DNA of 61,539 nt from an uncultured Gammaproteobacteria bacterium (GTDB lineage Bacteria; Pseudomonadota; Gammaproteobacteria; Tethybacterales; Tethybacteraceae): NCBI GenBank assembly GCA_964509765.1, contig CAZDYI010000040.1:1-61539 (forward strand). The letters run 5' to 3'. Positions 20,443-29,112 of this stretch are shown piece after piece. The notes under the pieces are model-generated. The model saw only the letters and a program-made list of their open reading frames with translations. It did no database searches and was not told where the DNA came from. The position numbers and the translations under genes are program-made. Within the stretch, counting starts at the first letter, position 1; each line of letters opens with the position of its first letter.

Positions 20443-21219
20443 TCAGGTCCCGGCTGGAGCCTCGCTTCTCAGGCGGTCGGCCGCGGAGGACGCGGGATGG
20501 TTGTCGAGCAGCCGGCGCCGCAGGCCGTCCGCTACCGCCTCGTCGCCCCGCTCGGAGGCCATCTGCGCGAGAAGCAGCAGCGCGTCCGGAACGCGCGGGC
20601 TGTCCGGGTGCGAGGCGAGCAAACCGGTAAGGGTCTCCTGCGACTCGGCCAGGCTCCCCCTTTCGTGCAGCAAAAGGCCGAGCCTGTACGTCGCCGCGTG
20701 CGCGAAGCGCGAGGCCGGGTAGCGCAGCAGGAGCTCGCGCAGGTCGCGCTCGGCCGCGTCGTAGTCGAGATCGTGGTGCGAGCGCACGCCGCGGTCGTAG
20801 AGCTTCGCGTCGTTGCTTACCATCGCGCCCGCGACCCGGTCGAAGCCCTCGTCGATGCGCCGGCCGAGCGCCTCGCCCTCGGTCTCGATGTAGCCGCCGA
20901 TCTCGTCGATCCGCGCGTCGTGACGGTTGGCGATCAGGTTGGCCTCCTCGACGAGGCCCGAGAGCTGCCGGATCAGCCGGAGCAGCTCCTGCTTCTCGTT
21001 GTTGAGCTCGGCCGCCTCGGCGGCGAGCCTGCGCAGGTTGCCCTGGACGAGCTCGACCTTGCCCTCGATCTCGGCGAGCTTCTCCCTGGCCTCCTCGTCC
21101 TTGAACAGCGAGACCTGCCCGGAGGCGGGCAGGGCGCAAAGTGAAAGCTGGGCGGCGAGCGTCAGCGCCGCCAGGGTGCGGGTCGCTGCTGCTCTACTCG
21201 TCCGTGTAGAGGATCTCAA
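20443..21219 (-). CDS. cpoB: Cell division coordinator CpoB (YbgF)
   Basis: Directly after pal; coiled coil plus TPR (YPASRFAHAATYRLG, HPDSPRVPDALL); TTG start at 21219 inferred from the signal-peptide shape. Confidence 0.82.
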   Translation of the reverse strand: MRSSTRTSRAAATRTLAALTLAAQLSLCALPASGQVSLFKDEEAREKLAEIEGKVELVQGNLRRLAAEAAELNNEKQELLRLIRQLSGLVEEANLIANRHDARIDEIGGYIETEGEALGRRIDEGFDRVAGAMVSNDAKLYDRGVRSHHDLDYDAAERDLRELLLRYPASRFAHAATYRLGLLLHERGSLAESQETLTGLLASHPDSPRVPDALLLLAQMASERGDEAVADGLRRRLLDNHPASSAADRLRSEAPAGT

Positions 21220-21742
21220 CGCGCCTGTTCTCGGCCCAGGCCGACTCGTTCGACCCAAGGGCGCGCGGGCGCTCCTCGCCGTAGCTGATCGCCTCGAGCT
21301 GGTCGGAGTAGACGCCGCCGGCGGTCAGGTACTCGCGGACCGCGTCGGCCCGGCGCTGCCCGAGCGCCAGGTTGTACTCGGTCGAGCCGCGCTCGTCGGC
21401 GTGGCCCTGGAGCATCGCCGCCTTGCCCCGGTTGCCCACGAGGTAGTCGGTGTGGGCGCTGAGCATCGCGCGGAACTCGGGCCTGATCTCGGACTTGTCG
21501 AAGTCGAAGAACACCAGCCGCTCGTTGAGGATGTTCTCGCCGTCGCGCCTTGCGTCGGCGCCGTCGTCCTCCGCGACGCGCTGGACCCTCGGGGTCGCCT
21601 CGACGACCTTAGGGCCGTCTGCGGCGCTCTCTTCGGAAGGCGGCAGCGAGGAGAAGGACTCCTTCTGCGCGCATGAGGCTAGTCCGGCGGCCATCACCAC
21701 CATGGCAACGAGCGGGACGGTTTTTTTCGTCGGCGTAGGCAT
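21194..21742 (-). CDS. pal: Peptidoglycan-associated lipoprotein
   Basis: Lipobox LASC, FFDFDKS, GHADERGSTEYNLALGQRRA, SYGEERP and NRRVE. Confidence 0.97.
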   Translation of the reverse strand: MPTPTKKTVPLVAMVVMAAGLASCAQKESFSSLPPSEESAADGPKVVEATPRVQRVAEDDGADARRDGENILNERLVFFDFDKSEIRPEFRAMLSAHTDYLVGNRGKAAMLQGHADERGSTEYNLALGQRRADAVREYLTAGGVYSDQLEAISYGEERPRALGSNESAWAENRRVEILYTDE

Positions 21743-21797
21743 AGTCAACGTGCTCCTCTGTCGGGGAATCCCCTCAATTGTAGCCTAAAACGGAAAA

Positions 21798-23108
21798 TCA
21801 GTACCAGGACTCGCGGGTGGAGGCCGGGCTCCAGATGGGATCCTTGATCTCTCCTTGCTCAGGCACCGTGAACGGACGCGCGATTTTACCATTTATCGAC
21901 ACCGTGTACAAAATGTCCGGCCGGGCGTCGTTCTTGAACAGCAGCATCTTCCCGTCCGGCGAGAAGCTCGGCGAGTCGGCGAGGTCGATCCCGGTGAGCG
22001 GGACCGACTGGCTGCCGGGGTCTGCGGGGTCGATGACGTGCACGTTGAAGCCGTTGCGGTCGCGACGGACGAACGTCAGCAGCGAGCCGTCGGGGCTGAA
22101 GCGCGGCGAGACGTTGTAGGACGAGCCGAAGGTCAGCCTGCTCTCGTCGCCGCTGAGCCGGTTGCGCAGGTAGATCTGCGGCGAGCCGCCGCTGTCGGAG
22201 ACGAAAGCGATGTCCTCGTTGTTCGGCGAGAAGGTCGGCTCGGTGTCGATGCCGTTGCTCTCGCGCAGCCGGAGCTTGCGGGTGCCGTCGGCCGACAGCA
22301 GGTAGATCTGCGTGTTGCCGGACTCGGACAGCGCGACCGCGACCCATCTCCGGTCGGGCGACATCGCCGGAGCGGAGTTGTTGCCCTTGAAGCCCGAGAC
22401 GGTACGCCGCTGCCCGGTGAGCAGGGCGTGCTCGTAGACGATCGGCTTGCGCCGCTCGTAGGAGACGTACAGGATGTGGTTGCCGCCGGGCATCCACTCC
22501 GGCGAGATGATCGGCTCGGGGCTGCGCAGCAGGGTCTGGGCGTTGTGGCCGTCGTAGTCGGCGACCTTGAGCTCGTAGCTCGCGGTCCTCTTCTCGCCGG
22601 TCTTGAGCACGTAGGCGATCTTCGAGGTGAAGATGCCCGGCTCGCCGATCAGGCGCTCGTAGAGCCAGTTCGCGATCGTGTGGCCGACCAGGCGGTCCTG
22701 GCCCGGGCCGACCTCGATCGCGAATGCGTCGTCGGGCTCGCGGGTGACGAGGTCGATGAGCTGGTAAGTCGCGCGCGAGCTGCCGCCGGCGGTCTCCTCG
22801 ACCGTTCCGACGAGCATGTACTCGTACTCCTCGATGTCGACCTGGGCGTAGTCCGGCTCCTCGAAAGGCGCGGTGGTCGGCTCGTCGCGGTGGATCGAGC
22901 GGAACAGCCCGGTGCGGTCGAGGTCGTCGGTGATGACCCTGGAGATCTGCTCGGAGCCGAACCGCTCCCCGGCGAAGGCCTCGATCAGGATCGGGATCCG
23001 GCGGACGCCCTGGCTCTCAATCTGGATCTCGACCGCGGCGAGCGCCAGCGGCGGAAGCGACGCGGCCAGCAAGGCAAGGGCCGGGAGGGCCGCGCGCGCG
23101 AAGGTCAT
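21798..23108 (-). CDS. tolB: Tol-Pal beta-propeller protein TolB
   Basis: FTSKIAYV, ADYDG, EPIISPEW and repeated PD40 SP-F-SPDG motifs. Confidence 0.95.
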   Translation of the reverse strand: MTFARAALPALALLAASLPPLALAAVEIQIESQGVRRIPILIEAFAGERFGSEQISRVITDDLDRTGLFRSIHRDEPTTAPFEEPDYAQVDIEEYEYMLVGTVEETAGGSSRATYQLIDLVTREPDDAFAIEVGPGQDRLVGHTIANWLYERLIGEPGIFTSKIAYVLKTGEKRTASYELKVADYDGHNAQTLLRSPEPIISPEWMPGGNHILYVSYERRKPIVYEHALLTGQRRTVSGFKGNNSAPAMSPDRRWVAVALSESGNTQIYLLSADGTRKLRLRESNGIDTEPTFSPNNEDIAFVSDSGGSPQIYLRNRLSGDESRLTFGSSYNVSPRFSPDGSLLTFVRRDRNGFNVHVIDPADPGSQSVPLTGIDLADSPSFSPDGKMLLFKNDARPDILYTVSINGKIARPFTVPEQGEIKDPIWSPASTRESWY

Positions 23109-23145
23109 GAACGGCGGGATTTTCTCACAGGGCGCGCCGCCGCGC

Positions 23146-23985
23146 TCACTCCTTGGGCGTGATCACCAGGATCAGCTCGTCGAACTGCTCGCGCAGCTCG
23201 GGGTCGTCGGGCAGGTCGAAGCCGTTCTCGGCCCCGCGTATCACCGCCCGCACCGCCTGGTCGTCGAACGGCTCGAAGCCGGACTCCTCGATCACCTTCG
23301 GGATGTCGGCGAGCGTGCCGTTGGGCTGGAGCAGGACCCGCACCTCGACCTGGATGCCGCTCGGCACGCCGTCGGGGTTCGTCAGGTGGCGCTTGACCCG
23401 GTCGTGTATGCCGGCGATGTGGCGGTCCATGAGCTTCGCGTCGCGCGCCGCCTTGGCCCGTGCCTCGACCTCGGCGCGGCGCCTTTCGATCTCCTCGGCC
23501 TCCCTTCTCTTGCGCTCCTCCTCCTCGAGCCTGCGCTCCTCCTCTTCCCGCCTTCGCCTGGCCTCCTCCTCCCGCTTCCTTTCCTCCTCCTCGGCCTTGC
23601 GCCTTTGCTCCTCCTCGAGCTCAAGCTGGCGCGCCTGCTCCTCCTCGCGGCGGCGCTCCTCCTCCTCGGCCTGCCGGACCTCCTCCTCCTTGCGCCTCTC
23701 CTCGGCCTCCTGCCGGGCCCTGCGCCGCGCGACCTCGGCCTCCTCGAGGTTGCGCCTCGTCGCCTCGAGCTGCTCGCGGACCCGCTCGAGGTCGGCCTCC
23801 GGCTGCGGCTCGGGCTCGGGCTCGGGCGGCGGCGCGGTGACGACCGCGACGACGATCGGCTCGGTGATCACCGTGGTGCGGAACGACACCGACCACACAA
23901 GCGGCGCAGTCAGGGCGGCCATCAGCAGGAAGGCCTGGACGGCCGAGAGGTTCTTGTCGGGCTCGTAAAGCTCGCGGAGGCTCAT
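23146..23985 (-). CDS. tolA: TolA
   Basis: N-terminal TM, PEPEP linker, E/R-rich helix and TonB_C-like C-terminus; lies between tolR and tolB. Confidence 0.88.
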   Translation of the reverse strand: MSLRELYEPDKNLSAVQAFLLMAALTAPLVWSVSFRTTVITEPIVVAVVTAPPPEPEPEPQPEADLERVREQLEATRRNLEEAEVARRRARQEAEERRKEEEVRQAEEEERRREEEQARQLELEEEQRRKAEEEERKREEEARRRREEEERRLEEEERKRREAEEIERRRAEVEARAKAARDAKLMDRHIAGIHDRVKRHLTNPDGVPSGIQVEVRVLLQPNGTLADIPKVIEESGFEPFDDQAVRAVIRGAENGFDLPDDPELREQFDELILVITPKE

Positions 23986-24410
23986 TCGCCGGCCCGCGTC
24001 ACCAACCCTATGTTCTGGAGGCCCTCCTCGTGGAGCCCGGCAAGCACCTCGACCACCTTCTCGTAGGCGATCTTGCGGTCGGCGGAGACGAGCAGCGGGG
24101 CCGACGGGAACAGCTCGCGCCGCTCGCGCACGAGCGCCATCGCGTCGGCGAGCGTGTTGAAGTTGATCTCCTCGCCGCCGAAGTTGAAGTCCTTCACGAC
24201 GAAGCCGCCGTCGGCCGGGAGCTGGATCTCGATCGCGTCCTGGCGCTGCTCGGTGCCGACGTCGCCCGCCGGCGGCAGGTCGATGACCGACTGGTTGATC
24301 AGCGGCGCAGTGACCATGAAGATCACGAGCAGCACGAGCATCACGTCGAGGTACGGGACGACGTTGATCTGGCTCTGCAGCCCCTTGTGCCTGCGAGTCC
24401 TGCGCAGCAC
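23982..24410 (-). CDS. tolR: TolR
   Basis: INVVPYLDVMLVLLVIFMVTAP. Confidence 0.96.
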   Translation of the reverse strand: MLRRTRRHKGLQSQINVVPYLDVMLVLLVIFMVTAPLINQSVIDLPPAGDVGTEQRQDAIEIQLPADGGFVVKDFNFGGEEINFNTLADAMALVRERRELFPSAPLLVSADRKIAYEKVVEVLAGLHEEGLQNIGLVTRAGE

Positions 24411-24411
24411 G

Positions 24412-25077
24412 TCACATGCTCCGGCGGATGATGTTGCAGAAGTGGTCGGCGAAGTTCTCGTACTGGACGATGAAGCGGTCGACCCGCGCCGAGAGGTGGT
24501 TGTAGGCGATCACCGCCGGGATCGCGGCGAACAGCCCCATCGCGGTCGCGATCAGCGCCTCGGCTATGCCCGGCGCGACCTGGGCGATGGTCGCCTGGCT
24601 CGCGCCCGCGAGCGAGCGGAAGGCGTTGATGATCCCCCAGACAGTCCCGAGCAGGCCGATGTACGGGCTCGACGAGCCGGCCGTCGCGAGGTACGGCAGC
24701 AGCGACTGGAGCTTGTCGACCTCGGACTGGATGCCGATCTCCATCGCCCGGCGGATGCCGTCGACCGCGAGCTGCTGGTCCTTTACTCCGGCCTTGCGGG
24801 TTTTCTCGAACTCGTGCATGCCGCTGAGGAAGACAGCGGCGAGCCCGTCCGAGCCGAACTCGCCCTCCTCGGCGCGCTGGTGGATCTCCTCGATCTGGCC
24901 GGCCTCCCAGAACTCGTCCTCGAACAAATCGGAGTCCTCGCCGACCCTCCTGAAGACCTTGACCTTGCGGATGATGAACCAGATTACGAAGAACAGCATG
25001 ACGCCGAGAACGAGCAACACCGCCTGCGCGAACAGGCTCGCCCGCGCGACCAGCGCCAGTATGTCGGTTTCCGCCAT
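24412..25077 (-). CDS. tolQ: TolQ
   Basis: SPYIGLLGTVWGI and VAPGIAEALIATAMGLFAAIPAV; SD AAAGGA. Confidence 0.97.
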   Translation of the reverse strand: MAETDILALVARASLFAQAVLLVLGVMLFFVIWFIIRKVKVFRRVGEDSDLFEDEFWEAGQIEEIHQRAEEGEFGSDGLAAVFLSGMHEFEKTRKAGVKDQQLAVDGIRRAMEIGIQSEVDKLQSLLPYLATAGSSSPYIGLLGTVWGIINAFRSLAGASQATIAQVAPGIAEALIATAMGLFAAIPAVIAYNHLSARVDRFIVQYENFADHFCNIIRRSM

Positions 25078-25771
25078 TGTCCTTTCTTAGTCCAGGCTCA
25101 GTTGAAAATTTTACTTTGGGGATGGAGTCCCGCAGGAAGCCTGAGCCTCAGGGCCAAGGCAGCACGACGGTCATTACAGACAACTTCCTGTGCGACCAGG
25201 CAGTTTGCAAGGCGAAACGGGGCACATGAGGCAAGTTTCCTGCATCTCGGAATTCCCGCCACGCCGGCGGCCTTCTGTGTGAGAAGATCCATGCAGATCA
25301 AGCGTGGCAAGCCCCTACAGTCAGATCCGACAAGTGGTGACACCCATTGCAGAACGAACGGTTGGATTTGCAGTGGACATTTTTCTGAATCTTGTTTGAT
25401 GAAAAATGCGTATTTTAGCCAACAACACATGGTCAAAAAATTGCAAAATGATGTAAGATATTGAAACAATGGTAAATTAAATTCGATGCCTTTATTCATC
25501 AACTCATTTTTCATTAACTTCGTTTGCATGTTTCGTTCGTTTTTTCCGAAAATCAGTTAGGGAAATTGGCAAGAACGAGTTTCCAGCGAGCCTTGCTGAA
25601 CAGAACCCGTGCAGAGCAAAGGCCGGTTACGAATGTTTCTGGAGTGGAAGCATCCTGACTTGCGGCACACCATGGAGGTGCGGAAGTATCACGGGATACT
25701 TTTTGGTGCTGGCTCGGCGAGATGGTTTCGGAAAGGCGCAGGACGGCAGGCCTCTAGCCCGAGGCGCAAGC
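25078..25771. other. ~700-bp AT-rich spacer between ybgC and tolQ
   Basis: Sharp GC drop with its core at ~25380-25560; no ORF with host-like codon usage; a TAAAAT -10 for tolQ near 25108-25113. Confidence 0.6.
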
Positions 25772-26167
25772 TCAGGCCAGGAACTTTTTCAGGCCGTCGG
25801 GAACCGGGACCGGCCTGCCGCTCTCGAGGTCGACGCACACGAGAGTCAGGCGCGCCGAGCATACGGGCTTGCCGCCGCGCGATGCCTCCTGGGCGAACAC
25901 CGCGACCGATCCCTTGAGCCGCACGAGCTCGGCCGAGACGCTTACCACCTCGTCGAGGCGCACCGGCGCAATGTACTTGACCTCCATCCGCGCGACGACG
26001 AACACCACCCCGGCCTTCGTCCAGTCCTCGAGGCTGCCGCCGCGCTCGTGGATCCACTCGGTGCGCGCGTGCTCGAACCAGTGCACGTACGCCGCGTGGT
26101 GGACCACGCCGCCGGAGTCGGTGTCGCCGAAGTAGGCGCGCCTCTCGACCGTCGTCCTGCGGGTCAC
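25772..26167 (-). CDS. ybgC: Tol-Pal-associated acyl-CoA thioesterase
   Basis: YFGDTDSGGVVHHAAYVHWFEHARTE; GTG start at 26167. Confidence 0.93.
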   Translation of the reverse strand: MTRRTTVERRAYFGDTDSGGVVHHAAYVHWFEHARTEWIHERGGSLEDWTKAGVVFVVARMEVKYIAPVRLDEVVSVSAELVRLKGSVAVFAQEASRGGKPVCSARLTLVCVDLESGRPVPVPDGLKKFLA

Positions 26168-26187
26168 TGCCGTGCCTTCCGCCCCGC

Positions 26188-27273
26188 TCAGCCGTCCGGC
26201 GCCTCGGCGCCCTCGCGCAGGTTGGGCTCGAGCGGCGCCTCCGAGTCGATCTTGCCGTTGATCTCCTCGATAGTCCCGCTCATCGCGAGGAAGCGCTCCG
26301 CGTTGGACGGGTGGGTCGGCGAGGACTTGCTCAGCGTCCCGGTCTCGGCGGCCATCTTGCGCCAGAACTCCGCGGCGCCGCCGATGTCCATCCCCGCGCG
26401 GGCCATCACGTACAGGCCCACGTAGTCCGCCTCGGCCTCGAACTCGTGCGAGTAGATCATGCTTCCTGCCGCGCCGAAGCCGCCCTGCCACGCCCCGTAG
26501 GTCGCGACCATGATCGCGACGTCGAGCACCAGGCCGCCGATCATGTTGGCGGCCTTCGAGTCGACGTGGCCCATGGCGTTGTGGGCGAGCTCGTGCGAGA
26601 CCACGAAGGCGAGCTCGCGGTCGTCGGCGAAGTTCATCAGGCCGCGGGTGACGTACACGGCGTTGCCGTCAGCGTAGGCGTTGAGCTGGTGTTCGTTGAC
26701 CAGCGCGACCGGGTAGTCGCACATCGGGACCGCGTCGACCGTTAGGGTAAGGCGGGATCCGTCCCGCTCGATCTCCGCTGCGACAACACCGTCCGCTGCC
26801 TCGCGCTGGAAGCGCTCGCGCGAAAGCGCCGACAGCGTCGTCGCGCCGTCGCCCTCGAAGGTGATCCCGTCGAGCCGCAAGACCGCGTCTCCGACGGCAA
26901 GCCCGGCGCGCTCGGCCGCGCCGCCCGGGTGGAGAGCCTCGACGACCGGCAGCTCGCCGATGCCGTGGACCTCGGACGCGACCTCGCGGAAGTCCTCCGG
27001 GACCACGCTGATGTCGCGGACGATAGCGTCAATCCCGTTCGCCACGTCGTCGGGGCAGAAGTGAGTCGCGGACTTGCGCAGGGTGATCCCGATGTTCCAC
27101 AGGCGGCGCTCGTGGCCGCGGAGGTACTCGTACGCTGCCTCGAGCTGGAGCCGCTCCTCGCGCTCGAGCGCCTCGCCGTCGATGCTCGCCTGCTGCGTGA
27201 CCGGCTTGCCGCAGGACGCCGCGAGCAGCGCGGCCGCAAGCGCCGCGGCAAGCAGGGGCCTGCGCGCGCTCAT
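26188..27273 (-). CDS. M48 family metallopeptidase lipoprotein with PDZ domain
   Basis: Lipobox LAASC, PDZ ([20 protein letters not shown]), NAYADG, HELAH, EAEAD and THP. Confidence 0.9.
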   Translation of the reverse strand: MSARRPLLAAALAAALLAASCGKPVTQQASIDGEALEREERLQLEAAYEYLRGHERRLWNIGITLRKSATHFCPDDVANGIDAIVRDISVVPEDFREVASEVHGIGELPVVEALHPGGAAERAGLAVGDAVLRLDGITFEGDGATTLSALSRERFQREAADGVVAAEIERDGSRLTLTVDAVPMCDYPVALVNEHQLNAYADGNAVYVTRGLMNFADDRELAFVVSHELAHNAMGHVDSKAANMIGGLVLDVAIMVATYGAWQGGFGAAGSMIYSHEFEAEADYVGLYVMARAGMDIGGAAEFWRKMAAETGTLSKSSPTHPSNAERFLAMSGTIEEINGKIDSEAPLEPNLREGAEAPDG

Positions 27274-28313
27274 TCGTCGAACAGTTCCCCGCCGCCGCCG
27301 GCGGGCTTGAGGCCGGCGCGCTTCCAGGCGCGGCCCTGGGCGATCCGCCCGCGCGGCGTGCGCTGGATGAAGCCCTGCTGGATCAGGTAGGGCTCGATGA
27401 AGTACTCGATCGTCTCGGGGCTCTCGCCGAGGGCGACCGCCAGGTTGTCCAGGCCCGCGGGCCCGCCGCTGAAGCGCATCAGCAAAACCTCGAGGTAGGA
27501 CTTGTCGACCGAGTCGAGCCCCTGCTCGTCGACCTCGAGCATTTCGAGGGCCTCCCTGGCGATCTCGATCGTGACCTTTCCGTCGCCGCGCACGTCGGCG
27601 TAGTCGCGCACCCGGCGCAGCAGCCTGTTGGCAAGCCGCGGCGTCCCGCGCGAGCGCTTGGCGAGCTCGTCCATCGCGCCGGGGGTGACTTCCGTGCGCA
27701 GGAGCCCCGCCGACCGCTCGACGATCTTCGCGAGGTCCTCGGGCGGGTAGAAGGTCAGGCGCATCACGATGCCGAAGCGGTCGCGCAGCGGCGAGGTGAG
27801 CATCCCCGCGCGGGTCGTCGCGCCGATCAGGGTGAACGGCTCGAGCGGCAGCGACACCGCCGAGACCCCTCCCGAGCCCTCGCCGATGATCACGTCGAAG
27901 CGCCGGTCCTCGAGCGCAGAGTACATGCTCTCCTCGATCGCCGGGTGGAGCCGGTGGATCTCGTCGATGAACAGGATGTCGCCCGGCCCGAGCCCGGTCA
28001 GGGCCGCCGCTGCGTCGCCGGGCCGCTCGAGGGCGGGCCCGCTCGTTATCCGCAGGCCGCCGCCGAGCTCGTTCGCGACGATGTGCGCGAGCGAGGTCTT
28101 GCCGAGCCCCGGCGGCGAGACCAGCAGCAGGTGGTCGAGCGGCTCGCCGCGCTTGCGCGCCGCGGTGATGAACACCTCGAGCTGCTCGTGGACCTTGCGC
28201 TGGCCGACGAACTCCGACAGCCGCTGCGGCCGGAGTATGCGCTCGGTAGGCGCGTCCTGGTCGTCGCGCTCCGCGGCCGCGGCCTTGCGCCTCTTCGGTT
28301 GCTTCGCCGCCAT
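27270..28313 (-). CDS. ruvB: Holliday junction helicase RuvB
   Basis: [40 protein letters not shown] and RTPRGR. Confidence 0.98.
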   Translation of the reverse strand: MAAKQPKRRKAAAAERDDQDAPTERILRPQRLSEFVGQRKVHEQLEVFITAARKRGEPLDHLLLVSPPGLGKTSLAHIVANELGGGLRITSGPALERPGDAAAALTGLGPGDILFIDEIHRLHPAIEESMYSALEDRRFDVIIGEGSGGVSAVSLPLEPFTLIGATTRAGMLTSPLRDRFGIVMRLTFYPPEDLAKIVERSAGLLRTEVTPGAMDELAKRSRGTPRLANRLLRRVRDYADVRGDGKVTIEIAREALEMLEVDEQGLDSVDKSYLEVLLMRFSGGPAGLDNLAVALGESPETIEYFIEPYLIQQGFIQRTPRGRIAQGRAWKRAGLKPAGGGGELFDE

Positions 28314-28375
28314 CCCTTTTCGCCCCGGGCGATTATAGGAAGGGATGGACGGGCGCGCCTACTTACAATAGCTCC

Positions 28376-29053
28376 ATGGCTGAAGCAGCGGCGGATGCGG
28401 TCCCGGTCGTGGCGGTCGACGGCCCGGCCGCGGTCGGCAAGGGCACCGTCGCCCGCGGGGTCGCGGAAAGGCTCGGCTTCGCGCACCTCGACTCCGGCCG
28501 CTTCTACCGCGCGGTCGCCTCGCTGGCGATCTCCCACAAGGCGGACCTCGGCGACGCCGCCTCGGTCCTCGCCGCGGCGCGCAGCATCGTCGACGCGCCC
28601 GGCGGGCTCGAGGCGCTGCTGCCGACTCCCTGGCTCGACGGCGAGGAGGTCGGCGAGGCCGCGTCCAAGGTCGCGGCGCTGCCGGAGGTCCGCGACGCGC
28701 TGATGCAGCCGCTGCGCGACTGCCGGCGGCCGCCGGGGATCGTCGCCGACGGGCGCGACATGGGGTCGATCGTCTTTCCCGACGCGGACCTTAAGGTCTT
28801 CCTCACCGCGAGCATGGAGGCGCGAGAGGAGCGCGCCCGCGAGCGCCTCGCGGCTAGGGGCGCGGCGGGCGATGATAGTAGAATGGCGGGCTACCTCGAA
28901 CGGTTCAGGGAGAGGGATGCCCGGGACGGGGACAGGCGCATCGCGCCGGTCAGGCCTGCTGAGGACGCCGCGGTGGTTGACACCGACGGCCTGAGCGCGG
29001 CGGACACGGTTGCGAAGGTCGTCGCCCTCTTCGAGGGGCTTCGCAAGGCGTAG
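28376..29053 (+). CDS. cmk: Cytidylate kinase
   Basis: VDGPAAVGKGT, LDSGRFYR and ADGRDMGSIVFPDA. Confidence 0.96.
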   Translation: MAEAAADAVPVVAVDGPAAVGKGTVARGVAERLGFAHLDSGRFYRAVASLAISHKADLGDAASVLAAARSIVDAPGGLEALLPTPWLDGEEVGEAASKVAALPEVRDALMQPLRDCRRPPGIVADGRDMGSIVFPDADLKVFLTASMEAREERARERLAARGAAGDDSRMAGYLERFRERDARDGDRRIAPVRPAEDAAVVDTDGLSAADTVAKVVALFEGLRKA

Positions 29054-29112
29054 CCCCCGGCGGACCGGGCCTCATTTCCACGCCGTCGGAACTCAAGGGA
29101 ACGCAGAGGAAC

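Noticed and set aside
23460-23830. CTC/CCT-rich repetitive DNA resembling a repeat array
   Set aside because: It encodes the Glu/Arg-rich helix and PEPEP linker of TolA; there is no repeat-spacer structure.
25078-25771. oriC or dif in the AT-rich spacer; ORFs 25098-25529 and 25609-25917
   Set aside because: No TTATCCACA boxes or XerC/D consensus seen; the ORFs lack motifs and host codon bias.
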